A stretch of 32,000 nucleotides of DNA, taken from NCBI GenBank assembly GCA_000091165.1, contig FP565575.1:2430001-2462000 (forward strand). Reading direction: 5' to 3'. The notes under the pieces were generated by a model that was not told where the DNA came from, did not search any database, and saw only the letters and a program-made list of their open reading frames with translations. How positions within the stretch are numbered: position 1 is the stretch's first letter; every line of letters begins with the position of its first letter. The position numbers and the translations under genes are program-made. This DNA comes from Candidatus Methylomirabilis oxygeniifera (GTDB taxonomy: Bacteria > Methylomirabilota > Methylomirabilia > Methylomirabilales > Methylomirabilaceae). Positions 8,398 to 17,171 of the stretch are shown in pieces.

Positions 8398-9222
8398 ATG
8401 ATGAGTGTCAAATTAGCGTCTCCCCCATTATCCACCGAATCCGATACGGCACACAAAGAGGTCTACCGTTCCAACAAGGTCAACATGCATATCAAAGCCA
8501 ACGAGCGTTTGATCCTCGCCCTCGATGTTCCACTAGGAAGGCCGCATGGGTTAATTGAACTGTCCGATGCTCGTGCGCTCGTGGAGCAATTAGACGGTGT
8601 CGTGTCATTCTTCAAGATCGGCTGGCCGCTCTATATGGCTGGAGGGCAGGCGCTTATTCCAGAGCTCGTTAATAAAGGCAAACGGGTCTTCTTGGATCTG
8701 AAGTTCGGTGACATTCCTGAAACGATCAAGAGACTCGTGCTTGTAGCTAGAGATCATGGCGTCAGTTTTATTACAGTGAACACCAGCTTTGATGCCGTGC
8801 GGGCTGCCGTGGCAGTGCGAGGCGAATCCGATCTGAAGATTCTGACGGTAACTGTTCTCACAAGCCTAGCAGATGCGGACTTGCGGGAAATGGGCGTTGA
8901 TACCGATGTTGAGACGTTGGCTCTATACAAAGCCAAGAAGGCGAGTGAATTTTGTGATGGCGTCATTGCTTCTGGAAAGGAAGCTGCGCTCATTCGTCAG
9001 AACGTACGCAAGGATTTCTTAATTGTGACGCCCGGCATTCGGCCTGTTGGGCGTGCACACGACGATCACAAAAGGGCGACAACGCCAACTGAAGCAATCA
9101 GTGCAGGGGCCGACTACTTGGTCGTTGGACGACCCATTACGCAAGCTGAGAATCCCCGGAATGCCGCCGCTAAGATCATCACAGAGATGCAAGACGCCTT
9201 CGATGCTCTCGCCAAGCCGTGA
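8398..9222 (+). CDS. pyrF: Orotidine 5'-phosphate decarboxylase
   Basis: LILALDV, FFKIGWPLY, FLDLKFGDIPETI, TVTVLTS, FLIVTPGIRP and GADYLVVGRPI are the catalytic and phosphate-binding motifs of the PyrF family. The N-terminal 29 aa look non-homologous, so ATG 8485 (MHIKANERLILALDV) is a plausible true start. Confidence 0.9.
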   Translation: MMSVKLASPPLSTESDTAHKEVYRSNKVNMHIKANERLILALDVPLGRPHGLIELSDARALVEQLDGVVSFFKIGWPLYMAGGQALIPELVNKGKRVFLDLKFGDIPETIKRLVLVARDHGVSFITVNTSFDAVRAAVAVRGESDLKILTVTVLTSLADADLREMGVDTDVETLALYKAKKASEFCDGVIASGKEAALIRQNVRKDFLIVTPGIRPVGRAHDDHKRATTPTEAISAGADYLVVGRPITQAENPRNAAAKIITEMQDAFDALAKP

Positions 9223-9313
9223 TAAGTTGTAGCTTTATCGTCGCATTGGTTGCGGTCTAGCGAGATAAGGTTGCCACAACATCTCCTGGTTCTCTACCTC
9301 TGTAGTGGAATCC

Positions 9314-9553
9314 TTACAGCAACTCCTCCAAAGCCCATATTCTACTAGCCACCCCTGCCGCCATCGCTGGCGTCACCCGCAGGCTCCCATGAATCCGCAC
9401 AAAATTGTAGTGGGCAAAATGCAAGGCTAACGCATCCTTGAGATTTCGCAGGGACTTTGAAAACGCATTCGTCAGTCTTGTGAACCGCCGCATCTGCATC
9501 CGCATGGTCAAGTTCTGCCGCTCGATATACGACGTTGACACATAGCGAGGATC
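9314..9553 (-). pseudogene. IS1-family transposase, C-terminal fragment only
   Basis: DPRYVSTSYIERQNLTMRMQMRRFTRLTNAFSKSLRNLKDALALHFAHYNFVRIHGSLRVTPAMAAG matches the conserved C-terminus of IS1-type (InsB-like) transposases (ERxNLxxRxxxxRxxRxxxxFSKS). No N-terminal or catalytic part is found upstream in any frame. Confidence 0.65.
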
Positions 9554-9730
9554 GCGGGGGTCCCGTTGATTGGCGTGGATACCACCTCCGCGACTCGTTG
9601 GGGAGAGTAACGGCCCGGACCTGGATTCTCGGCCTGGCAATGCTGGTCGATACGCGGGGCGCCATGAGGGCGGCTGCTAGCGTTTGATGTTTCCATTCGT
9701 CAAGGCTCTGCATAGTGACCTCACGCGAGT

Positions 9731-12271
9731 CTATTCCAGCAATACCTCGTTCAGCTTGGCTTCCCATTCGTCCTCGTCCAGAACCTCGAAGCGGAGCACC
9801 TTGTCTTTCATCTCAAGCCCGAGTTCGTTCCAGTTCCGGGACTTCGCCTGCCGGGTGCAAATGTCGAACACCTTGCGGATGTAATTGGTCTTGGCGTTGT
9901 CCTTCAGGTGCAGACCCTTGGTTTCAACCACGTAAACGCGCTCGTAATCCGTGTGAGTGGTCCTGTCGGTTGCCGTGAAAATAAAGTCTGGATAAATCCG
10001 GTGCTCCCGCCATCCCTGGATCGAGTAGTCATGCCTTGCGCGATTTCGGAACCAGAAGAAAAGCCGATGCTGGTTCTCTAGATACCAGGCAACCGCTTTC
10101 TCGGTCTCGTTGAAGTCATCCTCCGGTACCGCCTCGTAAAGACTGAACTCAAGCTGCCCACCCTTCTCCCTTGTCAGACGCTTTGAAGTTGGCTTGATAG
10201 CAATAGATTTCGGGAAAGACCAATCGAGGTTGTTGCCGATGATCAGGAAACGAAGCTCGTCCTTTTCCAGCATCGAACAGAAAACCCGCTCGGCCAGTCG
10301 GTCTTTCTCGGCTTCAAGTTGCTTCCGCAGTTCTTCGATCAGGAAAACAAAGTTATTGGCAATAAGCCGCTCAGTATCCAGCTTGCCGCCTATCTTACGG
10401 AAATGGTTCAAGACCTGCTGGGCGAATTCGTGTGCTTGCCAGGGGTTCGGCACGACGTCACCGATCTGTCGCGTCATAAAGACCGGATCAACGCGGATAC
10501 CGCCTTCCCTCAAATCGTGAATGCCTCTGGCTTCAATCACTCGATGCCTGTCATCGGTCAGCGTGACGCCGATTTCAACGTCTTTCTCCTCGTACTCGGA
10601 AAGCGTCAATTGCAAGACCGGCGTCAACGTCACTTCATCCCACGGAATCCGAGCCGCAATATCCATGTCGTAGTTGACGGGCCTCCAGCCGTGGCTGTTC
10701 CTGACCATGAAAACTGGGAGAATCGCTCGACCGGCAGCCATCTTGAAGCGTTCGCGCATGTCGAAAAGCTGGTCCATGCCGTCGCCGGGCATACCGCCGT
10801 ATTCGTCTTCTGTGGCGATATGTCCGCGCAAATCGCCCAAACCTTCCTGGGCAAAGCCGTCACGAATGCTTTCCAACAATGCATTGGCGCGTTGCTGAAA
10901 GCAAAACACATAGCTTTCGTCGAGATCCCGGACTTGGGTCTTTCGCGCGTAGGGTTGTCTCAGAATACGACCGACAAGCTGGGTCAAGGCGTTCTGTGAG
11001 GATGGATTCGTCAGAATCGCGAGCACGTAAGCGAACGAGCAGTCCCAACCCTCTTGAAGGGCCTGCTTGGTGATGATGTAGCGGATTTTGCAGTCCCGAC
11101 CGAGCAGCCCGCCTATATCGTCAACTTCCTTGAGTTCATCCTTTTCGCTCGTTTTGACCGCGATCTGTTCCGCCGGGACGCCCATAACCTTCGTCAAATG
11201 TTCCCGGACTTGCTCCGAATGAATGTACCGTCCGCCCTCTTGATTCTTCCCTGTGCGCTCCACTTGAATCAGGCAGATCGGGCGGATGTATATGCCCGTG
11301 TTCGCCTCGTATTCCTTGGCCTTTTCCTCCAGCACGTTCCGCTTGTTCACTCCGGCAAGCAGGGTGTCTTTCCAGTCCGGGCTTGCCTTGTTTACGACGT
11401 GGAGATCCAACTTGATCATTTCCTCATGGTGCAATTCTCGGCCTGCGATGTCCACGAGGATATTGCTTTGAACCGGCGTCGCCGAAAGTTCGGCAACTAG
11501 GCAAGGATTAAACCCGCGCAAGGTCTCCTGTGCCCCATCACTGTAAGCCTTGTGCCCTTCGTCGAGTATAATAACCGGCGAAAGTGTTCTGAGAGTGTTC
11601 CCCAATGACGTTTTGATTTGCCGACCCCAAAAGCCGCTTTGCTTCTCGTAGGTGTCCAGATTTGGGAAGCGTGTGAGCGTGGCCTCTTGCGCGATGATGT
11701 CATCCTCTGGCGGAAAAAAGTCCTGAAAACCGCCGCTGTCCTTGAAGACCTTCAAGGTCTCTTTCGTCTTCCGGTTGGCCGATGGAAGCATGAGCATCAG
11801 TACGATAAGATTTTCCTGCACATCCAGCGGGGCAAAGTGGTCCGTCTTTTCGAGAATCAGCGTGTGCCCACCGCTTGCCAGGTCCAGATGTTGGCGGTAC
11901 GGGTGATCCCGGTCTTTCAGGCACTGAATCGTCTGGCGGTAAATCTGTGTTGTCGGGACAATCCAGAGCACAAGCCCCGTCTGGCGTTTCCGGTAGATCG
12001 TATTCACGAGGTCAATCGTCTTGACCGCCAGCAGCGTTTTGCCACCCCCGGTCGGAAGTTTAAGACAGAATGTCGGTAATGCCTGGCCTAGTCCATTTTT
12101 GTGCGGCAGATACCGGCGCGGAAGTTTAGCCTTCTCCCATGCCTTCGCCGCAAAGTCAAAGGCCATGTCGGGATCAGTTATGCCTTCGGCCTTCTTCTTC
12201 AGATCGGCCAGAAGTTCAAGGTAACTCCTAATCCCGGCTAACGCTCTTTGCTGGTATTCCTTCAGTCGCAT
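9731..12271 (-). CDS. Type III restriction enzyme Res-like subunit (SF2 helicase plus C-terminal PD-(D/E)xK-like nuclease)
   Basis: Helicase motif I LPTGGGKT (aa 72-79), motif II ILDEGH (aa 235-240), motif III LSATP, motif V-like QEGWDC, and motif VI QLVGRILRQ. The C-terminal YPDFIF...VVETKG is a PD...ExK nuclease-like motif. The start lies 3 nt downstream of the mod stop. Confidence 0.8.
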   Translation of the reverse strand: MRLKEYQQRALAGIRSYLELLADLKKKAEGITDPDMAFDFAAKAWEKAKLPRRYLPHKNGLGQALPTFCLKLPTGGGKTLLAVKTIDLVNTIYRKRQTGLVLWIVPTTQIYRQTIQCLKDRDHPYRQHLDLASGGHTLILEKTDHFAPLDVQENLIVLMLMLPSANRKTKETLKVFKDSGGFQDFFPPEDDIIAQEATLTRFPNLDTYEKQSGFWGRQIKTSLGNTLRTLSPVIILDEGHKAYSDGAQETLRGFNPCLVAELSATPVQSNILVDIAGRELHHEEMIKLDLHVVNKASPDWKDTLLAGVNKRNVLEEKAKEYEANTGIYIRPICLIQVERTGKNQEGGRYIHSEQVREHLTKVMGVPAEQIAVKTSEKDELKEVDDIGGLLGRDCKIRYIITKQALQEGWDCSFAYVLAILTNPSSQNALTQLVGRILRQPYARKTQVRDLDESYVFCFQQRANALLESIRDGFAQEGLGDLRGHIATEDEYGGMPGDGMDQLFDMRERFKMAAGRAILPVFMVRNSHGWRPVNYDMDIAARIPWDEVTLTPVLQLTLSEYEEKDVEIGVTLTDDRHRVIEARGIHDLREGGIRVDPVFMTRQIGDVVPNPWQAHEFAQQVLNHFRKIGGKLDTERLIANNFVFLIEELRKQLEAEKDRLAERVFCSMLEKDELRFLIIGNNLDWSFPKSIAIKPTSKRLTREKGGQLEFSLYEAVPEDDFNETEKAVAWYLENQHRLFFWFRNRARHDYSIQGWREHRIYPDFIFTATDRTTHTDYERVYVVETKGLHLKDNAKTNYIRKVFDICTRQAKSRNWNELGLEMKDKVLRFEVLDEDEWEAKLNEVLLE

Positions 12272-12274
12272 CCG

Positions 12275-14041
12275 TCACCGCGTGAGTTCGTAAATCTCAT
12301 AGGGCAACTGCGCAAAATCAATCCGAAACTGGTCAAGGTGTTCTTGGTCCAGATACTTGGTCGGTGCGAAGACCAGCCGACGTTTGTCCTTCTTTAGGGG
12401 CGGCAGACTCTTCGCCATGTCCAGCGTCAATGCCAAATTTTTCAACTTCGCAACGTCGGGCTCATAGAAAAGGAAAACCTGGTAATTCCGACTCTCGCCG
12501 ATGAAGCGCCTCTTTTCGTTAATTGCCCTCTCGTCGAATTCCTCGCCGGTCGCCGTGTAGAAAACGTAACGGGCAAGTTCTTCGTAGGTCGGCAAGCCGT
12601 TGCCATCGAGGATGCTTTCAAGTTCGATGGCCTTGCCGAGCTTGAAGAAGCTGAACGAACCGCCGAGGCCCTTTCTCAGAGCCTCGTCCTTCGATATCGG
12701 CACACCCTTGATTACGCGCCGAACACGCTCCGCTGTAATGGAATCCGCATAGTCTTCGCACTCAACCAGAATGAAGCGGCGAGAGCCCTTGTCGGACTCA
12801 TTCAAAGCAAGGACGGCGTGGCCGGTAGTGCCAGTGCCAGCGAAGGAGTCAAGAACAAGGGCGCGTTGGTTTCCTTGAGTGACATATCGAATCAGACGAG
12901 CAAGAACCTCATGGTCTTTGGGATTCTCGAACACTTTCTTGCCGAAAATGCTGACAAGCACGTTTGTTGCCTGCAAAGCGCTCCTGTAAAAGTAACTCCC
13001 CGCAACCTGGATGCCGATATCCGATGCGTCCTCTTCTTCGCCATTTCCGTTACTCTCAGGAGACAAAGAGCGCACGAGATACGTTTTCCGAATGGGTGGT
13101 TCTGTGTGATCCTCGCGGAAGACGACAACGCCAGCGGCAATCATCTCATTCATCTTCTCAATCGTGGCATATCGCCAGCCACCTTCCGGCACCACACAAG
13201 GTTTGCGTGTCTTGGGATGGATTACATCGTAAGAAGGACCGCCGCCGCCCGGCCATGACATATTGTCATCACGCCACACGCCATTATCATCGACATTTCC
13301 GTACCGCGAATGCTTCTTCGATGGGTGGTTCTTGGGGAGTTGTTTGTAGAAGTCACGTAATCCTTCCTGAATAGCATTGCTGTCGCTGCCATGTAGCGCA
13401 CGAAGGCGAAGGTATTCGTCCTGAATCTCTTTCGCGCCCGGCTTGTCTTCGCGCCAAATGGTTTTGCGCTGTTTAAGCGTGTCCATCGACCGGGCATAAA
13501 TCAGGATGTACTCATGGCCCACGGAAAACAGTTTGGCATCGTTTTTTCGGCCCTTCTCGCAGACCAATTGGGCAATGAAATTCTCCTCGCCGAAAACCTC
13601 GTCCATGAGACAACGAAAATGGTGCGCCTCGTTGTCGTCAATCGAAACCATAATGACACCTTCGCTCTTCAGTAGGTCTTTAAGAATCTTCAGCCGGGGC
13701 ATCATCATGCAGAGCCACTTGTCATGTCGGGTCAGGTCCTCTCGGTCAACGACCTTGCCCAGCCAGTCCTGCATCATGGGCGAATTAACGCTGTCATTAT
13801 AGGCCCACTTTTCATTGCCCGTGTTGTACGGGGGATCAATGTAGATACAGTCGATCTTCCCGGCGTAAAGCGGAAGGAGCGCCTTCAGTGCCTTAAGGTT
13901 ATCGCCGTAGATAATCAGGTTGTCATGCAGAGTCACCTTGTCCGTCAGGCTCTTGGCCTTGACCGGGACAAGTTCGTGATACTTCACTAGCAAATGATGA
14001 TTCTGCACGAACGTTTTGCCCTTAAACTGTAGTTGCGCCAT
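12275..14041 (-). CDS. Type III-like Mod DNA methyltransferase (beta-class N6A/N4C)
   Basis: Motif IV DPPY (aa 69-72, IYIDPPYNTG) precedes motif I FAGTGTT (aa 400-406), which is the beta permutation. A long variable region between them is consistent with a target-recognition domain. The mod-then-res gene order is typical of type III systems. Confidence 0.8.
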   Translation of the reverse strand: MAQLQFKGKTFVQNHHLLVKYHELVPVKAKSLTDKVTLHDNLIIYGDNLKALKALLPLYAGKIDCIYIDPPYNTGNEKWAYNDSVNSPMMQDWLGKVVDREDLTRHDKWLCMMMPRLKILKDLLKSEGVIMVSIDDNEAHHFRCLMDEVFGEENFIAQLVCEKGRKNDAKLFSVGHEYILIYARSMDTLKQRKTIWREDKPGAKEIQDEYLRLRALHGSDSNAIQEGLRDFYKQLPKNHPSKKHSRYGNVDDNGVWRDDNMSWPGGGGPSYDVIHPKTRKPCVVPEGGWRYATIEKMNEMIAAGVVVFREDHTEPPIRKTYLVRSLSPESNGNGEEEDASDIGIQVAGSYFYRSALQATNVLVSIFGKKVFENPKDHEVLARLIRYVTQGNQRALVLDSFAGTGTTGHAVLALNESDKGSRRFILVECEDYADSITAERVRRVIKGVPISKDEALRKGLGGSFSFFKLGKAIELESILDGNGLPTYEELARYVFYTATGEEFDERAINEKRRFIGESRNYQVFLFYEPDVAKLKNLALTLDMAKSLPPLKKDKRRLVFAPTKYLDQEHLDQFRIDFAQLPYEIYELTR

Positions 14042-14052
14042 GAAGACCTCGC

Positions 14053-17000
14053 TTAATCATTGTGGGCAAACCGGTATTTGCGCTCCCGCGCAAGAAATGC
14101 ATCCTTCCCGCCTTCAAGAATCTTGGTTACCCGTTCGCGCACGCTCTCATTATCGATGCCACCTTCCCCGGCAATGTGTCCCCTGATTTGAGGAAGCCCA
14201 TCTTCGGGGCTTTCTCTGGGTTCAGTGTCCAGAACGACGATTTTTTCACTTTCGGCGTTGACCAGCATATTGGCGTTATGGGTTGCAAAAATGATCTGTT
14301 GCTGGTGCTTCAGCTCTTGAATGGCCGGCAGAATGTCATTTGTGATGAATGCGTTGTCGAGGTCGTCTTCAGGTTGGTCAATCACCAGCAACCCATCGGT
14401 CTGCGCGAGCAAAATCAGGAAAAGTGCCGTTGCCTTTTGCCCAACGGATGCTTGCTGAATCGAGATGTAGTCTTCGGTATCAACTTTACGCCGCAATTCC
14501 ATGTTCACCGAGTCCGGGACGTACTGACATAGCAGCCGGCCGATTTGTTTGTCATCAAAGCTCGTCATCAAGTCCACCACTTTGGCAAGGATCGGCCCGG
14601 CCCACGAGCATGCCGTCGGTCCCTTGTCGGGGACGGTTCGTCCCAGGGTCTTGTCTTGGCCGTGCTCAAAAACAGCAAGCATGTAGTCCGCAAGTTCGGT
14701 CCACAATTCCGCGGGATGCGAGGACAAGGAACGAGCGGGCACTTCCTTTCGGATAGCTATCTCAAGCTGCTCTGCGTCTCGGCTGTTGAACTTGCGGCCA
14801 TCCTTGACGTACCCCTGAAAGTCCGAAATTGCCCGCCGGATGTCACCGGCATGGACAACCCTCATTCGCACGCGCTGCTTTGTGCTCGTTGTCAGGGCAT
14901 CGGCTAAGTTCACGTAGATCTCGCCCTCCTCGGATCGGCATTGCCGCAAACGGGAGACCAATTCGCGTCGCTGTGTACGTGCTTGGTTCAGCCGGGTATC
15001 CAGTTCGTCAAAGTGCGAGATGCGCGAGTCAATTTCCTGCAGCCGGGCCTGAAGAGGCTCAAGAAGAGTGAGGTTGATCTTATTGGCCTCCATCTCTTTC
15101 TTGGCTTCGCCGTATGCCACGGAATGCTCGGCGATTCGTTCGGTTATCAGCGCGTTCTCTGTGCTCTGCGCCAGAGCATCGGTATTTTTCAGCCAGGAAG
15201 TTGCCACGCCTCTGAGGGCAGCAATTAGGTCATCCACCTGCTTGAGAGCGGCGGTGCGCACGGTCAAAAGAGAGGATTCCGCGCCCGTTTGAGTATCAGG
15301 CAACGTCTTTGATGCGCGCCTCTTCTTATCCTCTATCGCTTTGACGGCCTTAGTCTGTTCGGCGTGGATGTCGCTCAGGGCAGCAAACAGATCGTTTCGT
15401 GCCGTTTCAAGAAGCGTGAACTGCTGATGTGACTGAAATGCCGGATGTGCAGCGCGACTCTTAATCTTAAGAAGTTCCTCGTTGAGGCGTGCGCGCTCCG
15501 CTACCAAACGCGGCTTCTGGATGAGTTCCAGTGCCCATGATGCCATATCCACAGAGAGTTTTTCGATTTCGTCCGCGAGTTGACGCGCTTGGCGCTCCTT
15601 CGCGTCCACCTGTGAGAGCTGGTCGGACTTCAGAAAGGAAAAGAGGTTGACTCCGCCCCGCCGTTCCGGGTCGAGCGAGAAAAATGACTCGTCACGGACT
15701 ATGTTGGCAAGTTCGCGTTGACCGAAAAATCTGAGATTCAACAGAGCCGACGGAGATCGCGTCGAGACCGGAACCCCGCCTTCGCAGCGTTCGTCCGCGC
15801 ATTCGAGGATTTCTGGTGGACCTTCTCCTTTTCGCCGGATGCGGTAGAACTTCTGACCGCCTTTAACGGAAAGGTCGATTTCTGTTTCGGGCAAGAGTGT
15901 GCCATCGGTCTTGTCCTCTTTCCGAAGCCATAAAATACCTTTATTTGGGCGGTCATACGTTTCACCGGCGCGCTGGTATTGGCAAGCGTGGGAAACGTAT
16001 TCGAGGAGGCAGGATTTGCCAGTGCCTCGTCCCCCTATGAGGCATGTCATGTGTGGGTTGAAGTCCAGTTGAAGATCGTCAAAGAAAACGGTTTTTCGGA
16101 CCCGCATACGGAGAATGGTCCAGTCTGGATCATGAAATATTGCTGGGGAAAGGAATGTCTTGTTGTTGAGGAGTGCCTGCCGAACTCCTTCAATCGTGAA
16201 ACTACCGAGTTTCACATAAGAAAGCATCGCAGGCTGGAGAGCGTCAAAGGTGCGCGCGTCTGAGGTCTGCAACCATGCAACGGGTGCGTCGGTGTAGTCT
16301 TCGAGCTCACCGTTGAGAACACGCTTAGTAAAATCATCCAGCTCAGTGTATGGCTTGCTTATTATGAAGCCATCGGCTAGTCCGACAACTTGACGGAAAA
16401 TGTTGCGGAGTCGGGTTGCCGTGTCTCGGTCTTCAAGGATGCCTTTGTGGCCAGTAGCAACAACAAGGGCAATGAGTCGAGAGCGGAAGCGGTCATGCGC
16501 TCGGTCCAACAGGCTACAGAGGTTCAATCTGCTTTCATGCCATCGCCCCTGTTGAAGTTCCAGACTCTCGTGGACACGGGTGTCCAGGTCATTGACCTCG
16601 TTGTCGTCCGGGTTTGCCAAAAGGATGACTTGGATTTGGTCGGATGAGGTTAGCTCATAACCGGGGAATACAACCGGGACATCTTGTCGTCCTGCTGCCA
16701 ACATGCGGCGCGCAACATCCCGTACGGTCTTTGCGCCACCGTGAAAGATGCTGTTGTGCTGTGGTATGCCAATAACCTGTCGACCCGACTGGAAAACTCG
16801 GGGCAAGTAATCCTCTTCAATGAACTGATCCAATGGCTTGTTGCCGGTCGGGTCTTGCCAGTCTGGGTGAGCGTGCAGGTGAAAATCACAGGCATAAGGG
16901 CGAGCGCCCAGCTTTTCCCGGTCACTGTCCCGAAATGAAACTCTCGAGTTATTCCTTGTCACTGCAAGACTCCTCATGGTCAAAATGTTAAGTCCACAGT

Positions 17001-17064
17001 GTAACCGGTCTTTCGCACAAGTGAAAAACCAGAGAGCCGAATGAAGCAAAACCCTGTGGGCCAC
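14053..17064 (-). CDS. PHP-domain phosphoesterase fused to an ABC/SMC-like ATPase with a long coiled-coil insertion
   Basis: N-terminal DFHLHAHPDW (HxH at aa 62-64), IPQHNS, FPGYELTS and ATGHKG resemble the PHP metal-ligand pattern. Walker A is GGRGTGKS (aa 344-351, nt 16012-16035). A heptad-rich, charged region spans roughly aa 480-720. A signature-like SVGQKATALFLILLA is followed by Walker B LLVIDQPEDDLDN (aa 892-903) and IIFATHNANMLV. The GTG at 17064 opens the ORF; ATG 16977 (MRSLAVT...) is an equally plausible start. Confidence 0.75.
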   Translation of the reverse strand: MAHRVLLHSALWFFTCAKDRLHCGLNILTMRSLAVTRNNSRVSFRDSDREKLGARPYACDFHLHAHPDWQDPTGNKPLDQFIEEDYLPRVFQSGRQVIGIPQHNSIFHGGAKTVRDVARRMLAAGRQDVPVVFPGYELTSSDQIQVILLANPDDNEVNDLDTRVHESLELQQGRWHESRLNLCSLLDRAHDRFRSRLIALVVATGHKGILEDRDTATRLRNIFRQVVGLADGFIISKPYTELDDFTKRVLNGELEDYTDAPVAWLQTSDARTFDALQPAMLSYVKLGSFTIEGVRQALLNNKTFLSPAIFHDPDWTILRMRVRKTVFFDDLQLDFNPHMTCLIGGRGTGKSCLLEYVSHACQYQRAGETYDRPNKGILWLRKEDKTDGTLLPETEIDLSVKGGQKFYRIRRKGEGPPEILECADERCEGGVPVSTRSPSALLNLRFFGQRELANIVRDESFFSLDPERRGGVNLFSFLKSDQLSQVDAKERQARQLADEIEKLSVDMASWALELIQKPRLVAERARLNEELLKIKSRAAHPAFQSHQQFTLLETARNDLFAALSDIHAEQTKAVKAIEDKKRRASKTLPDTQTGAESSLLTVRTAALKQVDDLIAALRGVATSWLKNTDALAQSTENALITERIAEHSVAYGEAKKEMEANKINLTLLEPLQARLQEIDSRISHFDELDTRLNQARTQRRELVSRLRQCRSEEGEIYVNLADALTTSTKQRVRMRVVHAGDIRRAISDFQGYVKDGRKFNSRDAEQLEIAIRKEVPARSLSSHPAELWTELADYMLAVFEHGQDKTLGRTVPDKGPTACSWAGPILAKVVDLMTSFDDKQIGRLLCQYVPDSVNMELRRKVDTEDYISIQQASVGQKATALFLILLAQTDGLLVIDQPEDDLDNAFITNDILPAIQELKHQQQIIFATHNANMLVNAESEKIVVLDTEPRESPEDGLPQIRGHIAGEGGIDNESVRERVTKILEGGKDAFLARERKYRFAHND

Positions 17065-17171
17065 CTGAGAAGCGTATATAAAAGGAGTGGACGGCGGGAG
17101 ACCCTTTCGCCCACAAGATGAGGATAATGATACGTCAAACGATACTCCCCTTCAAGCTGGAACAGGCGGAT

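Larger units (their letters stand above)
8237..17171. mobile_element. Putative horizontally acquired genomic island (pyrF, IS1 remnant, three-gene R-M-like/ATPase operon)
   Basis: GC composition drops abruptly. Hand counts of single 60-nt lines give 48-52% inside (lines 8401, 8641, 10021), against 78% for the one hyf-region line I counted (1141). I estimate the flanks at above 60% by eye. The segment is bracketed by the 21-bp direct repeats, contains an IS remnant, and sits in a REP-rich intergenic region. No integrase gene is present. Confidence 0.55.

Noticed and set aside
9301-9317. Possible third, degenerate copy of the island direct repeat (TGTAGTGGAATCCTTAC versus GGTAGTGTCCTAATTTG)
   Set aside because: It needs a 3-nt gap and matches only two short blocks (GTAGTG, TCCT). 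That is too weak to distinguish from chance, although it would neatly separate pyrF from the IS1/defence module.
10319-10999. 226-aa plus-strand ORF inside the res gene, plus other + ORFs between 9684 and 14907
   Set aside because: They are antisense to the well-supported Res, Mod and ATPase frames and carry no motifs.
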